Shown piece by piece: positions 1-16,405 of a DNA stretch of 64,000 bases. Source of the DNA: the human T2T-CHM13v2.0 reference genome, Homo sapiens. Positions within the stretch are counted from its first letter, which is position 1, and every line of letters starts with the position of its first letter. Made by a program: the position numbers and the translations under genes. The notes under the pieces are model-generated. The model saw nothing but the letters and a program-made list of their open reading frames with translations, searched no databases and was not told the origin of the DNA. The stretch lies in assembly GCF_009914755.1 (NCBI RefSeq), contig NC_060941.1; one strand, given 5' to 3'.

Positions 1-389
1 TAAACATTTGGGACAGAGAAAGAAATCAATCCCAGTGTCTTCAAAGCTAGACCCAGAGCAGGTGGTAGGACCTGGGGAGGACCCTAAGAATTCTCCAAGC
101 TGCCCCTGAAATGCGCTGAGTGATCAGTGGGAGGTCTGCCGGTCGGGGGCGGTGGGGGGCACCTGTTCCTCGGGCACATTTGGGGAAGTAGGGCAAGGAT
201 GGGTTTGGAGTGGGAGGTGCCTGGGAGAAGGTATTCAGTTCCTCTACATCCTACCCCTGTCACTCTAAGTTTCTGCAATACAATGAGCCATCCTTGGTGG
301 GGAGGGTGAGAGCTCAGCCATCTGGAACCAGCACAGGAACAGGGGAGGGGAACGAAGAAAGGGGAGGTCATCTCATGCTGGGAACCTCC

Positions 390-845
390 CACTCCCCTGC
401 TGCCCCATCGCCCTCCCCTGCTCCTCCCTCCCCCTCCCCTTCTCCCCCATCCCCCTCCCCTGCTCCCCCATCCCCTGCTGCCCCATCCCCCTCCCCTGCT
501 GCCACCCTCCCTCCCCTGCTCCCCCAAACCTCTCTTCTCCCCCCTTCCCCTCCCCTGCTCCCCCTCTCTCCCCTCCCCTTCCCCCTCCCCTGCTCCCCCT
601 CCCCTCCCCTGCTCCCCATCCCCCTCCCCAGTTTCCCCATCCCCTCCCCTGCTGCCCCATTCCCCTCCCCTACTCCCCCTTCCCCCTCCCCTGCTCCCCC
701 CTCCCCTGCTGCCCCCTCCCCTCCTCCCCCACTCCCCTGCTGCCCCCTCCCCTCCTCCCCCACTCCCCTGCTGCCCCATCCCCCTCCCCTGCTGCTGCCC
801 CATCCCCCTCCCCTGCTGCTGCCCTCCCTCCCCTGCTGCCCCATC
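390..845. repeat. C-rich degenerate minisatellite/low-complexity tract in DPH1 intron 3
   Basis: Recurring CCCCTGCT(G/C)CCCC(A/C)TCCCCCT-like units; + strand is dominated by C and T. Confidence 0.9.
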
Positions 846-1359
846 TTGTTGCCACAGACTCACTTCCCTGCTCCCACCGTCTTGCCCCTTGGGGATGCTC
901 TCTGGGGCTCAGGCCAATTTGCATACATTTTAATCTATAAAAAATTAAGTGCTGTGGCTGACTTAGACGCCTGGGCTGCATTCTAAGGAGGTGAATAATC
1001 TGCTTCTGGGCACAGCCTGATTTGGGGAAGGGGGTGGAGGAGGGGGTGACTAGCAGGAGCTCAACTCTTCCACTGCCACACCCCCAGGGGAAGGATGGGG
1101 GGACCCCAGTCACTGAGCCAGGCTCCACGCCCCAAGTGTGAGTCTCTTTCAAGGAAGAGGGGGTTCTCCTCCATTCCTAGGGTGAGTTCAGGGGTACAAG
1201 GTCTTCCCCACCCACCCCCTCCCCCAGTGATTCAGGCCTGGCAGCAGTTCCCACGGCAGTGTTCTGGCCAGAGCCTCCTCTTCCTGATGCAGGAGGCGTG
1301 TAGGTGGTGCCATGTGCTATGGGGGAGCTGTGCCTGGGTCCCCCCATCCTGGGCACCAA

Positions 1360-1462
1360 GGGCCCTGCCTGCGGTGGGGAGGTAGCGGGGGTCCAGGCGA
1401 GGGGGCCCTGCCTGTGGTGGGGAGGGGGTGGGGGCCCTGCCTGTGGTGGGGAGGGAGTGGGG
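1360..1462. repeat. Three imperfect copies of GGGCCCTGCCTG(C/T)GGTGGGGAGG
   Basis: Direct inspection. Confidence 0.75.
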
Positions 1463-1795
1463 GTCCCGGCAAGAGGGAGGCTGTGTGTATTCATACAGCC
1501 ACGCCCATGCCCACCACAGCACTCAGCGCGGGAGTGAGGACCTTTGGGTGTGTGTGCGTGCTCACGGCTCTGGGTGGGTGAGTCAGGGCATGGGGCGTCT
1601 GTGTTTTGACCCCACGTGTGCCGGAGTGAGGGTTGGGGTCCCTCCTGCAGCCTGAGCCTGGGTAGAGGAATGAGGGTCCTCACGCAGCAACAGTTCCAGG
1701 AGCGGCTGCCAGGCTGGGGCAGGCGGCAGCTGTGCCCCTCCTAATCTTTGTTGGCAGAAGTGGCAGCTGCCATCCCGAGGAACTGGGAGAGGTAG

Positions 1796-2287
<492 letters not shown>

Positions 2288-2455
2288 TGATTGAGAAGGA
2301 GCTTCTAGGGGATCTGTGACCCCCCTCTTCTCCTACCCTGTCCTTTTACCCCCAGGCTGAAGCCACTGCGCCTGGCTGCTCAGAGACCTGAGCCTGGCCG
2401 GGCCCTCTGCTGCTCCTGCCTTCCCAAACAGCCCCTGAACTCCTCCCTCCCACAG

Positions 2456-2884
<429 letters not shown>

Positions 2885-3954
2885 TAAGTTAAAAATGGGG
2901 GCCAAGTAAGTCCTAGAGACATGCGTGTACCCTGGGAGGGAGCCTGAGGTTCATCATCCAGGAAAGAAACCAAATCTAATGCTCCTTACCTGTGAGCCCG
3001 AGGTCACACTGCAAGGTAGGGACCAAACAGGGAGCAGACCTCAGGTTTACTGTCGCTTTCTCCACTGCCCAGTCCATCATCCAGAAGGCTGTGCAGGGTG
3101 GGGGCAGGAATCAGAGGGCCTGATGGGGGTTGAGGGTGGGCTGGAAATGGTGGGAATATAATTGGAGAAGATGGATGGGCACGCCCAGGCTGCAGCCCCA
3201 TTAATTTACCATCCGGACAGCTAACAAGCAGAAGCAGCGTGTCTCCTGCCGCCTAATTATTTTAGGTAATGGAAATGCTTAATGTTGTGTGAATGCAGCC
3301 AGCCTGAGAGCCGACGGCTCCCCCGACTGGGACTAGGGAAGGGAGCCCCGTTCCGTACTAATGGCAGGGAGGGAGGGTCGCTCCCTGACTCAGTCCCACC
3401 TCTGGGGCTTTGGAGGCTGTTTCCACAGGCCTGACACCCCTGTCCCTAGACAGGCCCACATCAGGGCCTTCCCCAGCCCAGATCTGGCAGCCCTGCTCCC
3501 CGAGCAGCACTGAGTGGCATTCCCCCTGTGCCCACGTCACTCAGTCTCTACCCTTGGGGTCTTCAAAGTGTATGTTGGAGGGAGGGACACCCTGAGTGTT
3601 AGCCATTCATCAGAATGAAGTGTGGTCTCCAAGAGGGAGAGAAGGAGCTGCCACAGGCAGGTTATCTTCCACGCTCTGTAGTCTTCATGGGCTGGGAAGC
3701 TACTGTCAGGGACAGCATGTCTGGGGGCACACTTGGTACAGCCTGGGTTGAGCCTCAGACACACTGCTTCCTAGCTGTTTAATACTAGGCGAGTTTCTTA
3801 ACATCCCTGAGCCTCAGTTGTTACCTTCTGTAAAACAGGTATACTATACGTATCTGGGAGGATTAGGAGATAGGACTGCGTGAACTAATTCACAGCAGGT
3901 ACTTAGTCTATGCCTGGTACACAGAAGGCACAAGTCCAATAAACAGTAGCTGTT

Positions 3955-4242
3955 GGCCGGGCACAGTGGCTCACGCCTGTAATCTCAACACTTTGGGAGG
4001 CCAAGGCAGGAGAATTGCATATGTCCAGGAGTTTGAGACCAGCTTGGGGAATATAATGAAACCCTGTTCTCTCCAAAAAAAAAAGAATTAGCTGGGTACA
4101 GTGTCCATGCCTGTAGTCCCAGCTCCTCAGGAGGCTTAGGTGAGAGGATCGCTTGAGCCTGGGAGGTTGAGGCTGCAGCGAGCCATGACCGAGTCACTCA
4201 ACCTGGGTGACAGAGTAAGACCCTGCCTCAAAAAAACAAAAT
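3955..4242 (+). mobile_element. Alu (old, AluJ-like), next to a MIR remnant at about 3760-3950
   Basis: GGCCGGGCACAGTGGCTCACGCCTGTAATC start, A-rich linker and tail. Confidence 0.9.
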
Positions 4243-4345
4243 GAAAATCCGGTAGCTTTTGTTATAACTCAGTAACTGGCCCCAAGAGCTAGTTTGGGCA
4301 GAAAGTAGCCATTGTATGCCCTGCAACCTCATGTACAGCATAGAT

Positions 4346-4655
4346 CAGAGGTCCCCAACCCCTGGTCCCATGTCCTGTTAGGAACCCTGCCGCACAGTAG
4401 AAGGTGAGGGGTGGGCCAGCCAGCGTGACCACCTGAGCTCCGCCTCCTGTCAGATCCGCCGCGGCATTAGATTCTTGTAGGAGCTCAAACCCTATCGTGA
4501 CCTGTACATGCGAGGGATCTAGGTTGCATGATCTTTATGAGATCCTAATGCCTGATGATCTGAGGTGAGACAGTTTCATCCTGAAACCATCCCCCAATCC
4601 CACCCGTGTCTTCCACAAAACCTGTTCCCAGTGCCAAAAATATTGGTTACTGCTG
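4346..4655. mobile_element. MER1-type (hAT-Charlie) DNA transposon fossil
   Basis: CAGAGGTCCCCAACC...TTGGTTACTGCTG termini; 8-bp TSD GCATAGAT/GCGTAGAT. Confidence 0.8.
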
Positions 4656-4960
4656 GCGTAGATGACTCCTTGAACACTACTGTCCACATCTGTATTGAGC
4701 TTGTGAAGGAGAATCTGTTCCCCAACTTCCAAATGAGGATCTCTAGAACCCCAGGTGGCCTCACCACGGCCGGCTGCTCCTTCACTCTTCCTCAGAAGCT
4801 TGGGGTGGGACGGTTCTTAGATTCTGCATTATGTAAATAGAGGGACCGTAGAGTCATCCAATTCAAACTCCTTATTTCACACGTGAGAAAACCAAGGCTC
4901 CAAGAGGTGAAGTGAAGGCTTGTCCCAGTTTACACAGAGGCACAGCACAGCCAGCTGTGA

Positions 4961-5583
<623 letters not shown>

Positions 5584-5641
5584 AGCCCTGTGGACTTCTA
5601 AGCCAGCGAGTGCCTCTTCTGCTGCCCTAAACCACACTTAG

Positions 5642-5764
<123 letters not shown>

Positions 5765-6053
5765 TGAGGGGTGAGATTCCCTGCCACTGAGGTCCTCAAT
5801 TGGTTGCATCCCCATTTCCTGGCCACTAAGCCACCAGCCCTAAGGGTCTGAGGCACTTGGGCCCTGGATCTGGGCATTAGCCCCAGGGCTGCTGTTGCCT
5901 ACCCGTCTCCTGGGGTTTACACGGAGATCTTAAAGCCGCCCACTCTTGTCTGCTCCAGCTGTGGGACAGGTCTTCCTAATGACAGTCCCCGCTCTTGCCT
6001 CTGTTCTTAATTACCTGCGTGGGGCCTAAAGGTTCAGGAGCCCACGGGGCTGA

Positions 6054-6317
<264 letters not shown>

Positions 6318-6375
6318 TGACTGGGAACACAGCTGGGAAAACCAGTAGGCCACAGGTTCAGCTTTGGCTGCTTGA

Positions 6376-6513
<138 letters not shown>

Positions 6514-7009
6514 TGAGTATCTGCCTGGCTATGACTGGCTAAAGAAGCTTAGAAGCTGGGTCTTGCCCAGCTCGTCTTGAAGGCTGGAGCCAACAGGAAT
6601 TGCTTCCATGGTCATGGAATTTTACTGTTTACAGAGACCTCCCTGGGAGGGCTAACTGGGTCATACCTGCTTTGGGACTTTGGGGCTCAGAGGCAATGGC
6701 AACATCACATTTGTCCTTGTGAGATGAGTTTGAGCGGTGGCTGACACCTGCCCTGTACCAGGTACTAAATGTGGTTCTGGGGATACTATCACCAGTGAGC
6801 TGCCCTGGAAAGCTCATTGTCGGCAGAGGAAACAGGAGAAAACACGCAACAATACAGTATTCCAAACAGCAGTGGGTCACTGTCTTTACTTTAGGATTCA
6901 TAAAGCCTGTTAATGAATGGGTGTGCTGGGGGCACTGTCATGTTCTTCAGCATGCTGCCTGGGCGACGAGGAGGCCCTTCCTAGGGTCTGACCTGGCTTC
7001 CCTTCCCAG

Positions 7010-7088
7010 GTGGGTGCAGGTGGCATGTCCACGTCTCTCCATTGACTGGGGCACAGCCTTCCCCAAGCCGCTGCTGACACCCTATGAG
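7010..7088 (+). CDS. DPH1: DPH1 exon 10
   Basis: ccag|G...GAG|gtaaca; [26 protein letters not shown], with the conserved ACPRL Cys. Confidence 0.96.
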
Positions 7089-7387
7089 GTAACACCAAGC
7101 TCTGGGAGAGAGTGGGCTTTGGACGTGGTTCTCAAAGGTGAGGTCTGGAGTGGAGTGGGGTGGGTGGGCAGCACTTCGTTATGTTCGTAGATTCCGGAGT
7201 CTGTCTCGATTTCTCCAGCGGAGTCACTTCCTAGCTGTGTAGCCTTAGGCAAGGCCCTGAACCACACAGTTCCCTTCTGTGGCAGGGGACAGTGTGCCCT
7301 TCACAGGCCGTCGTGAGGACTGAATTCAGTAATCCAGGGGCAGAAAAACACTGGCAGATGTTATTGTCCCTCCCTCCCCTCCCCTAG

Positions 7388-7528
7388 GCGGCCGTGGCTC
7401 TGAGGGACATTTCCTGGCAGCAGCCCTACCCGATGGACTTCTACGCTGGCAGCTCCTTGGGGCCCTGGACGGTGAACCACGGCCAGGACCGCCGTCCCCA
7501 CGCCCCGGGCCGGCCCGCGCGGGGGAAG
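7388..7528 (+). CDS. DPH1: DPH1 exon 11
   Basis: ctag|GCG...AAG|gtaggc; [31 protein letters not shown]. Confidence 0.95.
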
Positions 7529-7674
7529 GTAGGCGGGGGCTTCCAGGAGGGAGGAGAGACCGCGCCTGGGCACTGGCCGCCGCCCTGCGACCGCGACGGG
7601 AAACGCACAGGAGCGGAGCGGAGGGAAACGCAGGGTCGCAGGAGCGAGACCCTGACCAAAGTCTGCGACCTCAG

Positions 7675-7764
7675 GTGCAGGAGGGGTCCGCGCGTCCCCC
7701 TTCGGCCGTGGCTTGCGAGGACTGCAGCTGCAGGGACGAGAAGGTGGCGCCGCTGGCTCCTTGA
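7675..7764 (+). CDS. DPH1: DPH1 last coding exon (exon 12); stop TGA at 7762-7764, exon continues to the donor after 7782
   Basis: tcag|GTG CAG GAG...GCT CCT TGA; CAG|gtatca at 7782/7783. Confidence 0.9.
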   Translation: MQEGSARPPSAVACEDCSCRDEKVAPLAP

Positions 7765-7954
7765 CGCGCTCCCGGGCCTCAGGTATCAGCCCCCGCTCTG
7801 GGTGCGCCCCGCCTTTTGCCGTTGTCATGGGAACGCCTTGGCGCTCCGAGGCCCGCCCTCGGGGCGGTGCTGACGTTCGGTTCCGCCCCGTGCATTGTGC
7901 TTCCGCTCGGGGAAAGACCGCTTCCGGTGCTTCCGTCGCTCCTTGCCGGGCATA

Positions 7955-8138
7955 ATGGCCGCGCAGCGACCCCTGCGGGTCCTGTGCCTGGCGGGCTTCC
8001 GGCAGAGCGAGCGGGGCTTCCGTGAGAAGACCGGGGCGCTGAGGAAGGCGCTGCGGGGTCGCGCCGAGCTCGTGTGCCTCAGCGGCCCGCACCCGGTCCC
8101 CGACCCCCCGGGCCCCGAGGGCGCCAGATCAGACTTCG
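7955..8138 (+). CDS. OVCA2: OVCA2 exon 1 (FSH-family serine hydrolase/esterase)
   Basis: ATAATGG start; MAAQRPLRVLCLAGFRQSERGFREKTGALRKAL...; donor G|gtgaga. Confidence 0.96.
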
Positions 8139-8511
8139 GTGAGACAAGCCCCGCTCCGGAAACGCACTCAGTTTCCTCCATCTTGTTTCGTCCCCCTCGA
8201 CACCCTTCAGCATCCCCCACCCTGCGTCCACCCTCATTCCTCCCACCCAGTCCACACCCTTCATTTCTCGCGACCCATACCCTCTTTGCTCAAACTGCAG
8301 CCTGTCCTCCCAGGCTTCCGCCTTCACCGTCTTCCTCCGCTGTCTCCTGTTCAGGCCAATCCACTCATTTCCCCCCTCTCATTTCCCCCAGACTTTTGCC
8401 TCGATTCCCTTTTTCTCTCTGTCATCTCGAACCCTCCTGCCCTTTCTCATTTCTTTCCTTCCTGGAGCCTCCCATGCCCTAATCCCATCCTTTTTCCTCA
8501 TATCGCTGTAG

Positions 8512-9011
8512 GGTCCTGCCCTCCGGAGGAGCAGCCTCGAGGCTGGTGGTTTTCAGAGCAGGAGGCCGACGTTTTCTCCGCATTGGAAGAGCCCGCCGTC
8601 TGCAGGGGCCTGGAGGAATCACTGGGGATGGTGGCACAGGCACTGAACAGGCTGGGGCCTTTTGACGGCCTTCTTGGTTTCAGCCAAGGGGCTGCGCTAG
8701 CAGCCCTTGTGTGTGCCCTGGGCCAGGCAGGCGATCCCCGCTTCCCCTTGCCACGGTTTATCCTCTTGGTGTCTGGTTTCTGTCCCCGGGGCATTGGGTT
8801 CAAGGAATCCATCCTGCAAAGGCCCTTGTCATTGCCTTCGCTCCATGTTTTTGGGGACACTGACAAAGTCATCCCCTCTCAGGAGAGTGTGCAACTGGCC
8901 AGCCAATTTCCCGGAGCCATCACCCTCACCCACTCTGGTGGCCACTTCATTCCAGCAGCTGCACCCCAGCGTCAGGCCTACCTCAAGTTCTTGGACCAGT
9001 TTGCAGAGTGA
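8512..9011 (+). CDS. OVCA2: OVCA2 exon 2 (also the DPH1 terminal 3'UTR exon)
   Basis: gtag|GG; GFSQG nucleophile elbow, GDTDKV Asp, GGHFIP His; 184+500 nt = 227 aa plus stop. Confidence 0.96.
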
Positions 9012-9313
9012 AAGATCAAGAAATGTCTCTGCTCCTACATCCAGCTCCTCTAGGGGCAGCCTCCGTCATCCATGCCCTCCCAGGACCCTCCACTCACTGC
9101 TGTGAGTGCGCCTCACCAGAACCAGTTAAGAGACAACTATCAATTCTTGAGACCCAAATTATAAGGGCCCTGCCCTGTACTGAAGAAAAGGGGAGCACAA
9201 GGCCTTAATGGACATTGACTTGTGAAAACGCAAACATGAATATGGTTGGAGAGCCCTGGATTAGGAGGGTGACATGGGGAAGGCAGAGGCTGGCACCATG
9301 GTGACTGCCACAT

Positions 9314-9319
9314 AATAAA
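9314..9319 (+). terminator. Poly(A) signal shared by DPH1 and OVCA2 (a second AATAAA lies at 9776-9781)
   Basis: AATAAA followed by GT/T-rich sequence. Confidence 0.8.
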
Positions 9320-9926
9320 GTGGTGATTTGGATTTTGAGCATCTTTTTCCTGGTACACACAGAAAAACATTTTATAATGGAAGTCGGTTTCTTGGCCATC
9401 TACATAGTTTTCTGGGCAGCGCCAAGCAGGGAGGTGTCTCCAGTTGTGAGTCCTCGGACAGGCTGCTGCATGGGTGCACATACTCACGTTATTGGTGGAA
9501 GTTTTAAGTCCCAAACTGAAGGGAAGGAGGCCTAGGTGGCACAATCAGGGAGGAATATACATCTGAGAAGTTTTGGGAAGACATCACCTGGCAAGGCTGC
9601 CTGAACCACAGTAATTTAGTCTTCCTCTATCCAGATCACTGAGAGTTGTGTGCTGGTCTTCTCTCAAACCCTGGATGTGTTACCTGCTTCTCCCTAAGTG
9701 CTCTAACCTCGCTGAACTATGAGCCTGAAGGGTGGGTCGATGCCAGACCTTAGGTGGAGGCCAAAGACAGTACAGAATAAACAGCTTCTTCCTAAATTGA
9801 CCCCATCTTGAGGGTTTCTGAGATTGATGCCATTCTTTAGTGACTACAGCCAAGGCCTAAGCAATCCAGCTGGTTTTCCCCTTGGGGCGTGTAGTTGTTC
9901 TTGGATACTTTGAGGATTGCTCACTC

Positions 9927-10541
9927 TTTTTTTTTTTTTTTTTTGAGACAGGCTCACTCTGTCACCCAGGCTGGAGAGCAGTGGCCAAGATCCTGGCTCA
10001 CTGCAACCTCAGCCTCCTGGGTTCAAGCAGTTCTGTCTCAGCCTCCTGAGTAGGTGGCGTTACAGGCATGCGCCACCACGCCTGGCTAATTTCTATATTT
10101 TTTTGTAGAGATAGGGTTTTGCCACGTTGCCCAGGCTGGTCTCAAAACTCTTTAGCTCAAACAATCCACCTGCCTCAGCCTCCCAAAGTGCTAGGATTAT
10201 AGGCCTGAGCCACTGCACCTACCTAGGATTGCCCACTCTTTTTTTGTTTTCTTTAGTTTTAAAGACAAGGTCTGACTCTTATCACCCAGGCTGGAGTGCA
10301 GTGGCACAATCTTGACAGCCTCCACCTCCCGGGCTCAAGCCATCCATCCTCCCACCTCAGCCTCCCAAGCAGCTGGGGCTGCAGGCGCAAATCACCATGC
10401 CTGGCTAATTTTTGTATTTGTTGTAGAGAAGGGGTCTCACCATGTTGTGCGGATGGTCTCCAACTTGCGAGCTCAAGCAATCCACCTGTCCTGGCCTCCC
10501 AAAGTGCTGGAATTAACAGGCGTGAGCCACCTCACCTGGCC
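9927..10541 (-). mobile_element. Two head-to-tail Alus
   Basis: Poly-T plus reverse-complement Alu consensus, twice. Confidence 0.92.
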
Positions 10542-11570
10542 AATTGCCCACTCTTAATGAGTTCCCTCCCATTTCCAGTGCCACCTGACACCCCCCACCC
10601 CCTGACACACACACACACTCTTGTTTTCTGACTTCCTGCCTCTGCAAGACAAGAAGCCTGTTCTTTTTCTGGAAGATCACACCAACTCCTGTTTAGCCCT
10701 CAGACATAGTTGCCAGGGAGCTAAGCAACTGAGCAGGAATTATGGTCAGGGACACAGCACAAATACTCCAGCCCATTTTTCTGACAACCAGACTAATATC
10801 CCTTACATTACCGAAAGTTCTGGGTTCCTCACTACAGAGATTAGCTGTCCAAAATTAAAAAAAACAAAACAAAACAGAATTATCCGCCCAGAGACCTAGT
10901 TACTGGGTGTGGAAAGTGTGTGTGGGGAGGGGTGGGAGGTGGTTCTCCCTTGCTTCAGTTGGCTTCTGCCTTGTTTTAAGGAATCTTCTCCTTTAGCAAA
11001 AGGAGGAGACTTTGGAATGGATTGATTACACAGACTGTGGTATCTGACCCATTGAATTTTAGAAAAAATTCTGATTTAAAGTTTCAGAAATTGCACAGAA
11101 AATTTCAGATTTCTGGCTTCTCTGGAAATGATAGATTTGCAGTTCAGGGCTCCCATACCCTCATGGTAATCATAGGCTGCCCCCTTTAGCACGGTCCCAA
11201 GAGGTGAAAACGATTTGTACACCCCAGCTGCTTGGGATTATTGAGGACGAAAGTAGAGAGAAGGGGAGAAATATTGGGGAGTGAATTTTGAGCCAAGGCT
11301 TAAAATTAAAAGTGGGGGAGGTAGAGCCCAGCAGTAGTAGGTGGAGGAGAAGGGCTCCTGGCCGGGGGTGAGGATTCCTCCTGAGAACCATAGTGTCCAA
11401 GCTAGAGGGAAACATGGGGTCCACTAGTTCTCGACAAGTGGAACAGGTCACTTCCCATCATGCCGTCCAGGAGCAAGAGAGACTCTTAGGGGGTTGTGCC
11501 CCTCCCCACCCCCAATACGCAGATTCTGTGTACCATTTACATCCAGAACATTGGTTAAAACCTGAATTCT

Positions 11571-14410
<2,840 letters not shown>

Positions 14411-15811
14411 AAGTATATGTATGTATAACATATATATAATATAGATTATATATATATTAGACAATAAATATATATAGCCTAAAGCTCAAGGTGTACCCCC
14501 CACATCCCGTTCATTCTGCCTAAGTGCACAGAGCTGGGGTCCCCTCCCAACACCACCCCTTCACAAACATGTAGTAGCCTAACAGAATACTTAAGATCAA
14601 AATAACATTCTGCTGTTTTTGGATTTTTACTTACATGATCCTATTTAATCCTCACAGTGCACCTGCCGAGGAGAAGAGATTATTATCCCGTTTTACAGAA
14701 AGCTCAGAAACAGAATATGGCCCCTTAACCACCAGTTGCTGATAATGCCAGGTTGGACCTCTGGCTTCCCAGAGCACTACACCCAGCAGTCCACTGCAGT
14801 CCACCCACTGACATCCCCTGGAACCCAGAAGCAAGTGCGTTTTAATCTGCAAGACCTCGGGGCCCTGGGGAGGTGGGATGGCTAGCATGTGGGTGTTGAT
14901 TAACTGGGAAACCGGCACGAGTGTCTTAGAAGTACTTCACAAAGGAGCCGGGTGGGGAGTGAAGGAGGGGGTGGGGCGTGAGACGTTAAGAAAAATTGGA
15001 TTAACGTGTCGTGGGCTGGGTTGCATTAACCATTCCCAACACTATCTCTGGGGAAGTCTCACACCTGATATTCAATAGACATCCCCTGTAGTGGGTGATG
15101 TTGGCAGAGGCAGGCGACATATACAATAATATTTTTAGAGATCCTTGTTCACACTTCATCCGCACCAGAGGACTTCAGCCCCTGTGGTATTCACTCCTCT
15201 TTAGGGCTAATTTGAGAAACTGTCTCAGATTGGAATCCAGCACCTAGAGATAGGCTGAGGTGAGCAGGCTGATCTGTTCAGACGCTTCGCGGACCAGGTT
15301 AACTTTACAAGCTCATTGGCTTCCAGAGGGTTGGGGACCCTTCTTATCCTCCTAGCTCAGAGGGAAAGATTCAAGAGTTTACTCTTCGCCCAATGCCCAC
15401 TTCAGCTAGGGGTTCCTGGAAGAACGGGGCTGTGGAGTATCTCAGAAAACTTTCCTCCCTCTACTGTCTTCAGGCCCCAGGAGACAAACCTCCTTCCAAG
15501 CCTCCTGGTCCCAGTGGCTTCCCTCTCACCGAAATCGAAAGAACCCGAGTCCCAGCCCGACCCCTTCTCTCGCCGAGCCCTGGCTGGGATACCTTGGCCG
15601 GGAGGACAGGACGGCCTCAGGCTGGCCGCCAGACGCACTCCGCAGGCCGCGCGCGCTCGAGCCTCGGTGGACTCAGCCGCCGGCCCCGGGAGGCCGCCTC
15701 CCTGCGCAGCACCTCCTGCCACCCGCGCGGGCACGTGGGATCTTGACTCGCCGCCCCCGCCTCCTTCTGCTCCGCGTCCCCAGCCCGCGGCTCGGGGCGC
15801 GGCGTGGCGCG

Positions 15812-15912
15812 GCGCGTGGGCGTGCTGCGGGGCGACCATGGCTGTAGACTGTTACCTCCAGTTCCCACAGTAACAATCGAAAGCCACGGTTGCCCTGGAG
15901 ACGCGGGGGCGG
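15812..15912 (-). ncRNA. MIR132: pre-miR-132 (3p at 15833-15854, 5p at 15869-15890)
   Basis: Reverse complement gives UAACAGUCUACAGCCAUGGUCG and ACCGUGGCUUUCGAUUGUUACU in a hairpin. Confidence 0.98.
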
Positions 15913-15943
15913 GGCGCGCGGACGGCGCCGGCGCGGGGCGGGC

Positions 15944-15951
15944 TGACGTCA
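15944..15951. promoter_or_regulatory. Full CRE (CREB site) between the two miRNAs
   Basis: TGACGTCA. Confidence 0.85.
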
Positions 15952-16063
15952 GGGCCGCGGGGGGGCGGGCGGGGCGGCGGGGGCTGAGGAGCGCGCGTGG
16001 GCCACCGCCCCTCGCAGCCCCTAGGGACCCGGACGGGGCGGCCCGATGGCGGCGCCTGCGTTG

Positions 16064-16084
16064 ATCAGCACCGCGGACAGCGGC
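16064..16084 (+). promoter_or_regulatory. RE1/NRSE (REST site)
   Basis: ATCAGCACCGCGGACAGCGGC, 18/21 match to TTCAGCACCACGGACAGCGCC. Confidence 0.88.
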
Positions 16085-16174
16085 GGCGCAGGCAGCGGGC
16101 CGGGGGCGGGGCCCTGAGGGACGGGGACTGGGGGTCCCCGGGCGCGGCGGCGGCGGCCGGGGCCGCGGTCCTGG

Positions 16175-16284
16175 GGCGGGGCCAGGCGTCGGTGGCCGTG
16201 ACTGGAGACTGTTACTGAGGGCGGCCCGGGCAGTAAGCAGTCTAGAGCCAAGGTGCCGGCGCGCTGTCCGGGCGGGGTGCCCCG
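16175..16284 (-). ncRNA. MIR212: pre-miR-212 (3p at 16194-16214, 5p at 16232-16254)
   Basis: Reverse complement gives UAACAGUCUCCAGUCACGGCC and ACCUUGGCUCUAGACUGCUUACU; same seed as miR-132. Confidence 0.98.
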
Positions 16285-16381
16285 GTCGCCCCGGCTGCCC
16301 CGGCTGGGGGCTCTGCTGCTCCGCCTCCCCTGCGTCTCCCGCCCTGCCCCGCCCGGCGCTCGCGACCAGGCACGCGGCCCC

Positions 16382-16405
16382 TGACGTCAGAGGGCCGTGA
16401 CGTCA
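16382..16405. promoter_or_regulatory. Tandem full CREs upstream of miR-212
   Basis: TGACGTCA at 16382-16389 and at 16398-16405. Confidence 0.88.

Larger units (their letters stand above)
7390..8160. promoter_or_regulatory. CpG island / OVCA2 promoter inside the DPH1 3' end; X-box-like GTTGTCATGGGAAC (7821-7834) and several CTTCCG ETS-like motifs
   Basis: High CpG density; motifs read directly just upstream of the OVCA2 ATG. Confidence 0.7.

Noticed and set aside
84-986. Long Gly-rich and Pro-rich ORFs on both strands (up to 259 aa)
   Set aside because: Translations of the C-rich minisatellite, which lacks stop codons by composition; intronic in DPH1
8139-8511. OVCA2 intron open in frame with exon 2 (290-aa ORF)
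   Set aside because: Starts at the GTG of the splice donor; the pyrimidine-rich intron lacks stops by composition; the spliced 227-aa product explains the gene
7528-8646. Possible DPH1-OVCA2 fusion protein via the shared acceptor
   Set aside because: The DPH1 exon 11 and exon 12 donors enter 8512 in phase 0, whereas OVCA2 needs phase 1; skipping or readthrough gives a short out-of-frame tail, not the hydrolase
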